A DNA stretch of 64,000 nucleotides from Octopus vulgaris (Eukaryota). The translations under genes and the position numbers were made by a program. The notes under the pieces were generated by a model that was not told the DNA's origin, searched no databases, and saw only the letters and a program-made list of their open reading frames with translations. Of the stretch, positions 38,188-50,129 are shown piece after piece; within the stretch, counting starts at the first letter, position 1; every line of letters begins with the position of its first letter. The stretch spans positions 45,570,001 through 45,634,000 of the forward strand of contig OX597824.1 in NCBI GenBank assembly GCA_951406725.2, in the 5' to 3' direction.

Positions 38188-40945
38188 ATCACTTATCATC
38201 CATGTTCTATTTTGTATGTGCAGTACAGTTTGACAGCATCTTATTGGTCCAAGGATTGCATCAGGCTTACTGTCTAGTTTGGCAAGGTTTCTATGACTAA
38301 ATGTCCTTCCTAAAGTCAACCACTTACTTTACTGGATGCTTTTTCCTATCAACACTAGTGACACTAGTATGCAGCTTGCAAGACTATGAAGCCATAAAAC
38401 AAATGGGTGTTATGCTAGGAGATGAGGAATTAAAGTATGAGTAGGAGAGAGCAAGAATAGAACAGGTTTTCTGCAGTAATGAAGGAATCCTGTTACTCAG
38501 CTTTTAGAAAAGATAGTGTGGTGATTGAGGTGGAAGTGTGAAGAGAAAAAAAAATTAGTGGTAATGAACATTCTGGCTGGGCCCTCATGCTATGATACAA
38601 ATAAAAGTGGGGACAGAGGAACCAAGAGTATGAGTGGGCAGAAGTTGCAAGAGTGCATAAGTGAGAGATGGAGATTTGGAGAGGTGAGTGTGAATATAAT
38701 GAATGAAGAAGCACAGATGTTGTGAGGTAGTTATGCATGATAGATAAGGTGAGGGTGTTGTCCAAGGATGCAGGGAGTGAAGAGCAGCAGAATAGTGAAG
38801 ATGATACACAGGGGAAGAATGAGAGAGAAAGGGAGATGATGTGTATCTGAGTAGGTTGCCAGAGTGTGGGTAGAAGAGACTTATTCTGGTAGAAAAGTAG
38901 ATAGTCTGGTGGCTTAGCAGAAGGTGAGGGTGGATGATCAAAATAAAATGTTGGTGGAGAAAACAGTGCAAGAAAGGAGGATGGACATCAAGTGAAATAA
39001 TTCTGGCTGGTGAGAAGGATCAGTGGAAAAGCAAGCACATGATGTGTATAGGGGATATCTTGGGGAAATTAGTTGAGAGGCCTAGTTGTGCATATACAGG
39101 GGTTGGGCAAAATAATGGAAACACCTTAAATTTTCAAACAAATTTATTTTAATATGGAGTAGGACCACCTTTGGCAGTAATTACAATTTGAATTCTAAGA
39201 GGTATGGACTTGTACAAAGTTTGAATTGTTTCCAAAGGAATTTTTGTCCATTCATCAGCTAAAACAGTCTCCAGTTCTTGTAGTGATGATGGTGGAGGAT
39301 ATCGACTCCTTACCTGTTTTTCTACATAAATGTTCAATAATACTGAGATCTGGGGACTGTGGTGTGGCCAAATAAGATCTTCAACTTCATTAGAGTGTTC
39401 CTTGTGCCATTCAGTAACAACTTTAGCTATCTGAATTGGTGCATTATCATCCTGAAAGATTGTGTTTCCCTCTGGAAACAGTTCCACAAACATAGGATGA
39501 ATTTCATCAGATAAAATGCTTAAATAGTCTTGACTATTAACTTTACCATGAAGGGAAACCATTGGGCCAGCAGATTTCCAAGATATAGCCCCTCAGATTA
39601 TCACAGATCCTCCTCCATGTTTAACAGTTCGAAGAAGGCAGCGTGGGTCAAATGCTTCTTTTGGATGTCTCCACACATATACTTGGCTGGTGGTTGGAAA
39701 TAAGGTAAAGGATGACTTGTTCGATAAAATTACATTCTTCCACTGATCTGGGGACCAATTCTGTAGGGTTTTCCTCCACTCTAAACGGTTTGCAACGTTT
39801 GTTTTTGAAAGTAGTGGTTTTCTGATTGCAGCCCTCCCATGAAATCCGGCTTCGTGCAACTCCTGGTGAACAGCTTTTGTGGAAATTGAGTTCTTGAGGT
39901 AGTCATTAAGCTCTGCAGTAATTTTGGAAGCTGTACTTTTGTGATCCTTTCCAACAATTCACGTAAGCTTCCAACGGTCCCTATCTGAAAGTTTTGGTTT
40001 CCTTCCGGAGTTTTGTTTCAATGAGGAGGTTTTTCCCGGTTTCTCAAAGGCTGTCATTACTTTTGAGACAGTACTTCTTGATACACCAAACATTTCGGCT
40101 GTTTTTGTTACGCTAGCATCTGCCATAAGAGCACCAACAATTTGACCTCTTTGAAAGTCCGATAGATCTGTCATTTAATGAATTTTAATTACCTTTTCTG
40201 ATGATATCTGAAAAGAAACAGCAATTTTAGCAAAACATATTAAGCAACACTAATAATAAATCTAAAAACATAAAAATGAACAAGCTTTTGATGGTTTTAT
40301 AGATATTTCAAAATTATGATGCTATGATGCTAGGTGTTTCCATTATTTTGTCCAACCCCTGTACTTCTAAAAGTTAGTTTTTGCCAATTTGGGCGGGTCT
40401 CCTTGACAACTGTATATTGCCAAATATCCAAATCTCTTATATCTGTGAAGTTCAAGGTCCTGAGATCAACCTTCACCACTTTGTTCTAAGTCTTCCTGAA
40501 CCTCCCCCTGCTGCAAGCTCCATCCATTTTAAATGAATGGCACTTCTTTATCCAGCTGTCCTCATTCTCATGCATCATATGTATACACAATTACTGATAT
40601 CTTTTTTGCATACTACATCTGATTCCTCTTACACCCAATTTTTCTCTCAGCACATTTGTATGTTGTTCATGTACACATATTGTACATCTGAGGTAATATG
40701 CTCACTTCATTTCTTTTCATTCAAGGCTCACATCTAACTACCATACAACATTGCAGTTATAACACAAGCACCACACAATCTGCTCTTCACTCTGGAAGAG
40801 GCCTTTGTTGCCAGCAGTAATAGTAGTTTACTGAACCTTCTCTAACCCATTCTTACCCAGGGTGCTATACTTTCAGAGCAACCACCTTCATTACAAATTA
40901 ATCTTCTCAATCACCTAAGTAACAAAAGCTATCAACTACTTGAAA
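38188..40945 (-). mobile_element. Degraded RTE LINE 3' portion (tail, long spacer, ORF2 C-terminus) split by the Tc1 insertion
   Basis: Tail-like 38190-38340, purine-rich spacer 38400-39095; RT-thumb remnants 40430-40945 are colinear with the copy at 50780-51330. Confidence 0.6.
39097..40361 (-). mobile_element. Full-length Tc1-family transposon (1265 bp), defective transposase 40174-39149, DD36E spacing
   Basis: 30-bp TIRs CAGGGGTTGG(G/A)CAAAATAATGGAAACACCT (29/30 match), TA on both sides. MTDLSDFQRGQIVGA..SGRKPKL..TVKHGGGSV..FQDDNAP..SPDLSIIE..GGPTPY, with two stops and compensating frameshifts. Confidence 0.96.
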
Positions 40946-42374
40946 TGAAGTAATCAGATATTTGAGAGAATTTATTTCCAGTGTGCTCAAAGCATGTACT
41001 GTTCCAGTCCATGTATCATATATGAAGCTTCACAAAACTTATTCTGAAAAATATATGAACAACACTATGCAAACCACAGAATCAAGTAAGTACAGCTGTG
41101 AAATATGTGTGTGTGTAATTGATACTTTATTATAGTATAGATGCACACGCACGTAATGAATGAATGTATATGTGGTTGTCTCCCTAACGCTGAGTACATA
41201 TACATTCATATGTGTGTGTGTTTGCATATCAAGAATGTCCACTCAAAGAAGAGATTCATATTATATGGCCTGACTCTCCTTTTCTGGTGTAATCCTTGTT
41301 TGCCTTGACATATTTTGCACACAGTCTTCGCTAGTTTAATATGTTTCCTTTATATAGTGTTTTCCCCACTACAATGTTTGCTATATTATGGTATAATCAA
41401 ATGCCTGGGAGTGTAATTGTGTTTGCAGAGTTTGTTCATTACTGTTAGATGACACAATTCCTTGTAGTATGGCAACAAGCTTGACTAAGTCAACCTTTTA
41501 TTTTAAATAACTAGCACTTAAGATATATTTACATCCACAAGTGCAATAAGACCACACCCCACATTAGCCTCTTCAGTTACACAAGAGCTTCCCAGATTTA
41601 TCTTGTCATTCCCATCATCCAAATATATATACATATAGGGATGGGTGTATTGCCATATCTTGAAATTACAAATACCTATACTAAACAACATTTGTCATAT
41701 GGTATGTACAGCAATATTCTGCAACAGATAGCAAACAATTCACAAAGAAATAGTTATGTTTATTCAGTGTATGTGTGTGAATACACAGACTTGTGTACAG
41801 GTGATATTGTAAAAGTAAACTAGTCGTGAATAACAAAGATTTACACGAAGAGTGTTTAATTTTGGCTTTCTGTAACATTAAGCAGATGAGAAAGAAAAAT
41901 CTTTTCTTACACTGGTTAACTTCCTGCATCTAAGTTTCCTAGAAAAGCTTCATACTATTCTGAACAGCAGCAGTGAAATGCTTTAGTACCTGTGGGTTGT
42001 GTTCAAACCCAAATACAAACTGGAGATTCTGGTTATGCTTCTAGAAAAACATTTTATTCTGCATTAATAAACAAACTAGCACATTATCCAAGTGGATAAT
42101 CTTTTATTCATTTCATGCCTTGAAAATGAAACTAAGCACTGGCCCTCAAAAAATCCTTGGATTTTAAATATTTACATATTCTAAAAGCAATGTAACTTAA
42201 GGCAAGGTTAAATGACGAAACCAAAGATACAAGCACATTTAGCTTTTGAACCATGATTGCATGTTAAAAATAAAGGGTTGATGATAAAGTGTACATACAC
42301 ACACATCCATTTTACAATATAGTTATAGACAATGAAGAAACTAAATTGTGGTGTCTTTTTAATTAATTTTTTAA

Positions 42375-42765
42375 TACTATTTTCTACTTTTTTACTTGTG
42401 TCAATCACTGGAATGCAGCCATGCTTGGGTCCTGCCTAGGAAGGTTTAGTTGAAAAATTTATTCAAGTATTTATTTTAAATCTGGTGCTTATTCTATCAG
42501 TCATTTTTTTTACCAAACCCTTAGGTTACTGGGGCATAAACAAACCAACAATAGCTACCAAGCTGTAGTCATGCCCATATAAATATATATGTATATATAT
42601 ATGCACACACAACAGGCTTCCATACAATTTCTATTGATCAGTTTCAATGCATTAGTTGGCCTGTGACATGTAGCAGAAGACACTTGCCCAAGGTGCCATG
42701 CAGTGAGACATAATCCAAACCCACAGGGTTGACAACCAAATTTCTTAGTTACATAGCCATGCCTG
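42375..42765 (-). mobile_element. SINE family A, degraded full-length copy
   Basis: gaagacacttgcccaaggtgccatgcagtgagac..catagccatgcctg head and gcttattctatcagtc 3' half, in reverse. Confidence 0.75.
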
Positions 42766-45700
42766 TGATAAGTTTGATCATATATTACTTACTAGTAAGA
42801 CATGAATTTTGTTTCAGACTTCAAAAACGTGACATCTAAATCAATGGTAAAATATAAAAGGATTTAAAAACACACTTCAAACTGATCTAAGTGTGTAACA
42901 GCTCATGTTCACATCTCAGAATTTTATGCCAATTTGGACATTTGAATCTTGGACACATTTTAGAAGTACCATCCTATAACCAAAGTGCATATATTTGTTT
43001 GTCAGTTAAGTAGACTGGAGGAAGCACAGTTATGTGCCTTTCCCAGGCTTTTAACTACCTTCTATAATAAATCACACTCCCAGTACATAATCATTTTCAC
43101 TTCAATTATGTTGCCAAAGATATGAACTTCATTTCTTGTCTGAATTAAAAGGTCTGGTGCTAGATGAAATCATTAGCCCCATTATTATATCAATAGTAAT
43201 AATAATAATAATAATAATAATGAAATTTCAACAGTAGATGACATCTTAAGTACATGATACTTAAAAAATAAATAAAAGGAAAAATCAAAAATCTAATATC
43301 ATTTGTCAAACTTCACATAAAACCTGACTGACTCATTATGCATGACACACTATATGCTACTATTTCTAGTCTTTTTTTCACTGTAGAGGAAAGAGGAACT
43401 GATAGAAACTAAACTGACACGTGAAATTTAATATAAAAATCCTACACACACACACGTAACTAAAATAGTAACAAAAAAATTATACAAAATATTCCTGGCA
43501 GGCTTTTATGTCTTTTGCATGATTTTGTTCCTGTCTGTGTTTATAGCTTAATATAACCCTCCCGCTTCTCTTAATACCATCCATTCTTTCTTCTCCACAT
43601 GGTCACACAGTTTCAGTAACAGTCGCGATGTAAGAGGCTGGTGACCATTTATTATCCAAGCTGAACTCTAGACAATGCCCAGCAGTAGTGACATAACCTC
43701 CAAGCACAACAGATTAGAAAGAGGAAAAGACAAATCCACATACACTCCCATCTATCTCCTTTCCCCCCAAGAAGACGTTCGCTAGTCATCTGCTACATTA
43801 GCAACTATTTCAACGACATATATGATTACACAGACAAGGTTAAGTCGGTCTGTCGGTCACAATACATTACTGGTACTTTATCGACCCCAGTGGAATTTCA
43901 TTTCACAGAAAATTGAGCAATCTTTAATAATAAGTGATAACCCTGTCAAAAATGTTTCTTATAGCCATGAAGTTTGAGAATAACAAAAAATTTAAAAAAA
44001 ACACCGGAAAATTGAGACATTGTTATTCAAGAGAAATAAATCTAGTCAGGAATCGAAACAGAACAGTAGATTTGACTAGCCATGATCCTACTTCCATTCT
44101 ATGGCGCTCGCCATAGTGATTATGATTTTCGAATATAAGCACGAGGCTTCAAAATTTGTAGAGAGAAATAATGAGAATACATGACATTCATGCCTTTCCT
44201 TTAGAAGGAATATCAACGTCTTAAATGAAAGGGCAACGGCGAAGAATAGAATTTGTTAAGTAAAAACATAGCTTGTTTCCAGTAGAGAATAAAGTTAATT
44301 ATTTTAGGGGAAGGAGTATATTTTGAGTGACTACATCAACTCAATTGTATTACTGGTAACTGATTTTGCCGACACCACCCTGCGGAAATAATGATTAACA
44401 ATATGTGGCACACTTGTCATAGCATCATCCAAGGGAAATTAGACATCTTTAAAGCAATCGGCAGAGATATTTCCTGAAAGAATTTCACAAGGAACGAATG
44501 CGTCAACAGAAAGGAATTTACAGTGTAGTAGCAGCTTAATCAAGATTTCCAACATTTTTTCCTTGACATAAAGCATAACATTTTTTGAAGGGGAACTGGG
44601 AAGTTGAGGTGTTCAAGCTTTTATCAAATTTATAACGCAAGAGAATTTTTTTTTTTGTAAAATATTAAAAAAAAAAAAGGGGGGGGGGGCAAAATGAAAG
44701 GAGAAATAATTAATGGAAATCGAGTGAGTCTTTCCTCAATTGAAGTTTCAAGAATTTAAATAGACAAAGACAAAAAGAAAAAGACAGATGTAGATAGCTT
44801 TAAAGAAAACAGTCGGGTTTGCGCATCACGTACTTGGGTATCGACACGCAACATTTTGTGAAGAGAGACAGGGAGTGTTGTAAATTCTAAGGAATTTATA
44901 AATTCAGGTAAAACTGCAAGACCTGACTAGAAGTAGCTAAGGGAAGGAACGAGAACATGGGCGGGAGGGTAGAGCTGGGAAGGAACCATGCACAGTAAGG
45001 TTATGTTGGATGTTACGGATATGATGATGATGATGACATTTTTCGGAAGAGGTGGGATTCGTATGTCTAAATACTGAAATTAAGAGTAACGCGTGATATT
45101 GACATAAAATAAATTAAATATACACACAGCTTGCGTATGATCACTGCGAACATCTGTTTAATGTGTGTAGTTTATAAAAAAGACTTTTTAAAGTACGATT
45201 CTTTAGTAAAAAAAAACAAAAAAACGTTGAAGGATGGCGAAGAGTATCAATAGCAGCAAGCTATCTGCTTCTATGAAAATGATTGTGTAGGTACATAAAC
45301 TAACAGAGGTATTGTGTAGTTGTAAAAAATAGTCATTATCTCCCGACAATCGTCTTGTTCCTCGGCGAATCAATCCAACACAATATGTTTTGCAAGGGTG
45401 CGGGTAGTTGAGAACAAAATATTTTAATGTTCACTAATAAGTTGAACTAGTAGTAGGTAGGTAGAGGATTAATTTTTCATCGGTTTCCACTGGAGAAAGC
45501 AACAACAAACGAGAAGTCATCACCTCCACCCTACACACATTGCAACTCACCCAAACGTGAGAGGAAATGCATGTTGAGTATACGCATAAAGTTAACAAGA
45601 AACCATGAAAAACACACTTAGATGTAAGTGTATGCACATAGACATTCATACACTGATCATGTCTTGCATTCGTTGGGTTGCTGAAGTAATCAGAGCGGGG

Positions 45701-48204
45701 GCGGAGAAATAAAAGACTGCATTACATATGGAGCTTTTCACAGACATTTTGCACACACACACACACACATGTATGTATGTGTACATAGATATGTGTGTGT
45801 GAACTTTAAATCCTAAAATGTATCCGACACTCGAATATTCAATAATATCGTTTGACAATTAAAATCATAAGAATCGGGTGAGGAGGAGAGGGGGTGTCTT
45901 GAAACAGCGTACTTGGGGGTGGGAAAATGCTAAAAAATATTCTGAGTAGCACGAATTTGGGTGAACAAGCAGAAATATCCAATAACAGTGGAAGAACACT
46001 TGGAATACGATTTCCTACGACTGAAATTTTCTTTTAGCACATTTTTTTTTTAAGATTAAAATAAAATGTGTCAGTATACACCTGAGCATGTGTACTTGTC
46101 TTTATAGCTCTGTGTACACACACAGTTGTCAATGTGTATTGATATACAGTAATTTATACACTTGTGTACTACAGACACATTGTATGCGTCTATACATATG
46201 CATGTATACACAAATATATAACTATGTGTTGTAATACAAGAATCAAGCGCACACACATGTATATATGCCACACACACACACATATGTGTGTGTGTATGTG
46301 CATGTAAAGGAAAAGTGGTAAATATTATATTTACTATATATAATCGGTTGCGCATATAGAAAAAGTACAGAAAAATAAAGGCATGGCAATGAGTAGATAG
46401 CATAAATGTCAAGATCAATTTAGTCGAGAACAGTTGAGTGCATACAAACTAATCTATTTAACTATTACACAGAAAAACGTCTAGATAGATAACTGTCTAT
46501 ACCAAGAACAATGTTGTCGTGTGTAAACACACACAATATATATATATATATATATACACACACATATAAAGTATCTGGATAATTATTTAATGAATATTAT
46601 TTAACTAAAAATGAAAAACAAAATGTATACAAAGCTCTGGCGGATTATTTAGCAGTGAGTGTATGTAAAAAAGCTAAACCTAACCAACTATATAAAATCC
46701 AGAGACAAACTGACTGCACAAAACTAGTATATAGAGAGTTAAGCTTGACTTGCTTATAACAATGTCTGAACTATAACAGCACAGTATGTCTGAATATACA
46801 CATTTCAATGTATGTCGAAATACATCTGTTAATCTAGAAGGGGGTCACTAACAAGGAAAGAAAAAACAATTCTTCTTCCTTAAGGGTTCGTAATGACTCC
46901 TTAAAGAATCATAAAATAGATATATCAGTGAACTGTCTAAAGGTGAGCAGAAATATTGGGAGAGAAGAAGGGGAAAAAAATACTGAAGAAAACAGAAAAT
47001 CAAAAAGGAGATTAGGAAGGTAAAGATCACTTAAAACCCAACTCTTAAAAGAAATCGATTCATAAATACATACACGCACAGTCATATACATACATATATA
47101 TTTGACTATATATACACACACGCAAACACATATATAAGAATAGAGTTGTTGAGGTGGTCATGCCTTTCTCAGTGGAAATTATTGTCCAACTGAAATGAAA
47201 GCAATACCAAAAACCAAAACACCGGGTCACGGACTCGGCGGCTGACAGAATGAAATTGCATTGATATCAAATGGTGTTGGGGAGGAGATCTGTTCAATTG
47301 GGGAGAGACAAAAGCTCTAGGTTATTATATATTCATATACGTATTTCTATACTAATGTGTATTATGTCTTTGGGAAGGTAAGGTTTCTAAATCCTTCAAT
47401 TAAATGACGACAATATTTTTCTTTTTATTAGCAGTAGAAGTAGTAAAACATAGAAAGCCTACCAAAGAGAAAAAAAAAATATTTAAGAAAGGAAAAAAAA
47501 TGATCATGATGTTAATTAACGCCAGTTCTAAAGTAAATACTGCGCCGGAGGTAGAATGATATAATAGATTTCTGAAATTATAAAGGTGAGAAAAAGGGAT
47601 GAGAAGGGTTGGATAGCGGAAATACTAAACTGCGTGTGTGTGCATACACACATATATATACGTACACGCAGGTATATCTGATAGTCATTCATTCAATAGG
47701 GGAGGGTAAAGAAAATAGACATGAAGCATGATAGTTAAAAAGGCGGGTGGTATTTATCATTTCGTGTTTCAAGACAACGTTTACTAGCGATGGGTGTACA
47801 CATATATATATATATACGCACTCAAGATTTGTGATATTCATATAAGACTAAGGTTATGCAACATTTTAACACAGCCAGCATATGTGTACGGACGTCAATG
47901 CGTGTGTATATATGTGTATATATATAAATATATATATATATGTATATATACACACACACATATGATATCAATATAGCCACATACTTCGGTGTATGTACAT
48001 GCATATGTAAAGATAATAACTGACGGCATGATTATAAGGTTTAATCATGCGGTTTATGAATCTTTCTTTGTACACTTAGTAGTCCAGAAAAGACTGGAAA
48101 AAAAAAACAAACAAACCCCATTCTTATTAGTCATTTCTCAGGCGAGAGGGTTCAAAACAATACATTTGATCAAGTCCAGTCACTCATTTAACGTGTGTGT
48201 GTGC

Positions 48205-48235
<31 letters not shown>

Positions 48236-48310
48236 AACACACAAACACAGATATTCAGACATTTCATTTTAAAACGTTTGATAGTGCGAGTTAAATTGTA
48301 AATAACTTAC

Positions 48311-48810
48311 CACATGCTTGTGGGATCTGTGAAGTGTCTATATATTTTCCACTAGACAAACATAAACAGCGAGGAAATAATTATCTCATGTATATTAGAC
48401 GTATATTTTGACTGACAAATATGTGTATGTATATGTGTGAGTGTGTGTGTGTATCTGTATATATATATATATATTATATATATATATATATATATAAACA
48501 GAGGCGAGAGAGATAATAGAAACGTGTATATTGTATTAAACAAGATTTCTCTCTCAGTTAAATATGTAATTTTTTTTCTTTCTTTCTTTTGGGAATCTTT
48601 TATATAGCAAAAATATTTCCTCAATGCTGCTGTCTTTATCGATGAGGATTTTTCCTTTCCACAAAATTCGAAAATATTTACTATTTAAATACCCTTCGGC
48701 AAATATCACCATTCGAATGTATTAATAGAAAACCTTCCTTCACCACTACACTCCGAGATGTGCAGTCCTTTATCTAGCTTTCCGCAGCACTGGCGCCATG
48801 TTGACAGCAA
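48311..48810 (-). other. Probable first exon (long 5' leader plus 5-nt coding tip ATGTG) of an unidentified minus-strand gene divergent from SRP9
   Basis: Minus strand reads caagcATGTG|GTAAGT (ATG 48315-48313, donor 48310-48305, A at -3). YY1-type AACATGGCG at 48802-48794 points the same way. Downstream minus strand is T-rich like an intron. The 5' boundary is a guess. Confidence 0.5.
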
Positions 48811-49125
48811 TATTCTATTTGATGTAATTACCTAAATGACTCACTCACTGCTTACCACCAGCAACACCAACGACATTGAAAAAAATAGTAGAAAAATAAA
48901 AGATAAAATTAAAGGAATGTAAATTATTAATTATTTTATTTAATAAAAAATTTTTTAACGAATTTCTGTCTTTAACTATGCATAAATCAATTTAATTGTT
49001 GTGCATATAATTATGACCAATCATAAAAGAGTTTAGCAATTTACTGCGTTATGCCTTGCCAACTGTGATAGTAAACGTGTTTTATCGAAATTGGAGTAAA
49101 AGAAAGAAAATAAAGCTTAATTAAT
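48790..49125. promoter_or_regulatory. Putative bidirectional promoter
   Basis: Lies between SRP9 ATG (+) and the candidate minus-strand first exon. Contains CGCCATGTT (YY1 consensus, 48794-48802), TGACTCA (AP-1, 48837-48843) and an AT-rich core; locally CpG-retaining. Confidence 0.55.
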
Positions 49126-49197
49126 ATGACGTATATATCTAATTGGGACGAATTTGCCAAAGCAGTGGAACGAATATATTTAGCTGATCCTATGAAA
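49126..49197 (+). CDS. SRP9: SRP9 (signal recognition particle 9 kDa, Alu-domain subunit), first coding exon; remaining exons not found in window
   Basis: Translates MTYISNWDEFAKAVERIYLADPMK, closely matching the SRP9 N-terminus (human [24 protein letters not shown]). Followed immediately by a GTAAGT donor at 49198 (phase 0); similarity stops exactly there. Confidence 0.93.
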
Positions 49198-50129
49198 GTA
49201 AGTTTCACGAAAAAGAAATTGTTATATAACGCCTGCTACATTGTTGTTATATCAACCAGCTGTAATTATGCTTCCTTTACTGTCCATGTTTGCATGAAAC
49301 CATCTGTTTGTATGAGATCGGAATTGTTTTCCAATGTATATGAAAATTCACTGAAATTCCTTTAGTAACAAAAGAAAAAAATCAATTTCATCTATGTAAC
49401 TAGCTATAATTTGGGTTCTGGGGTACTATACTATTGTCTGCAGAAACAAACTTCTCAAAATATCTTAATTCCTATGCCTGTTTTTGAGATGAGTAAAATA
49501 CTTGTATTACTAATGTAGTGTACTTTTATTTGGACTATAAACCTCAGTTTTGTTGGGTTTTCTTTTAAAAATCTTTAGTATAGTGCATATAAAAATATTG
49601 GAACACTGAATTAGAAATAGAGATACGATAGTTCAAATCCTAACTTTTTCATCCAGTACATGAAGAAATGCGACAACTGAAGACCAACATGAATTGATGA
49701 AGTTTCGTGTTTAATATATATATATTATTTAATATACATAATATGAATTCATGGAGTTTCGTATTTAATCTACATCTGATATACATATATTACCTTGAGA
49801 TTTCATTAAACTGCTTGATGTATACGCACGTGCATTATGAAGTGTGATTGTAGTCATTCCACCAATTTATTTGAAATGTTAAGTCAATCAGTGTTCATGA
49901 AACATTATAAAGTGTTGATTGTAATTGTGGAGAATTTATCTCATCAATTATCTTAGAATATTGGATCAAAATTAGCTTAGAGGTGTGGGAAAACAATTTC
50001 ATAATGGGAATATATCCCTTAGTACAGGAACTGAAAGTACTGTCACTTTGGAGTTCTCTCTATTTAAAGAAAACTGTTTTGGGAAACTTTTATCTAGAAA
50101 CACTATCTCTGTTTGGAAGACTATTGCAC

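Noticed and set aside
45545-45650. Alternative minus-strand exon ending TGG|GTGAGT
   Set aside because: No recognisable peptide, and no ATG-opened frame in the phase of the 48311 exon; cannot be supported without RNA data.
49198-49365. Remainder of the 79-aa ORF as SRP9 coding sequence
   Set aside because: Read-through past the GTAAGT donor; no SRP9 similarity.
49640-49680. Possible cryptic acceptor (ctaac..tttttcatccag) giving a YMKKCDN* poison exon
   Set aside because: Branch point very close to the AG and no other support; such motifs are common by chance.
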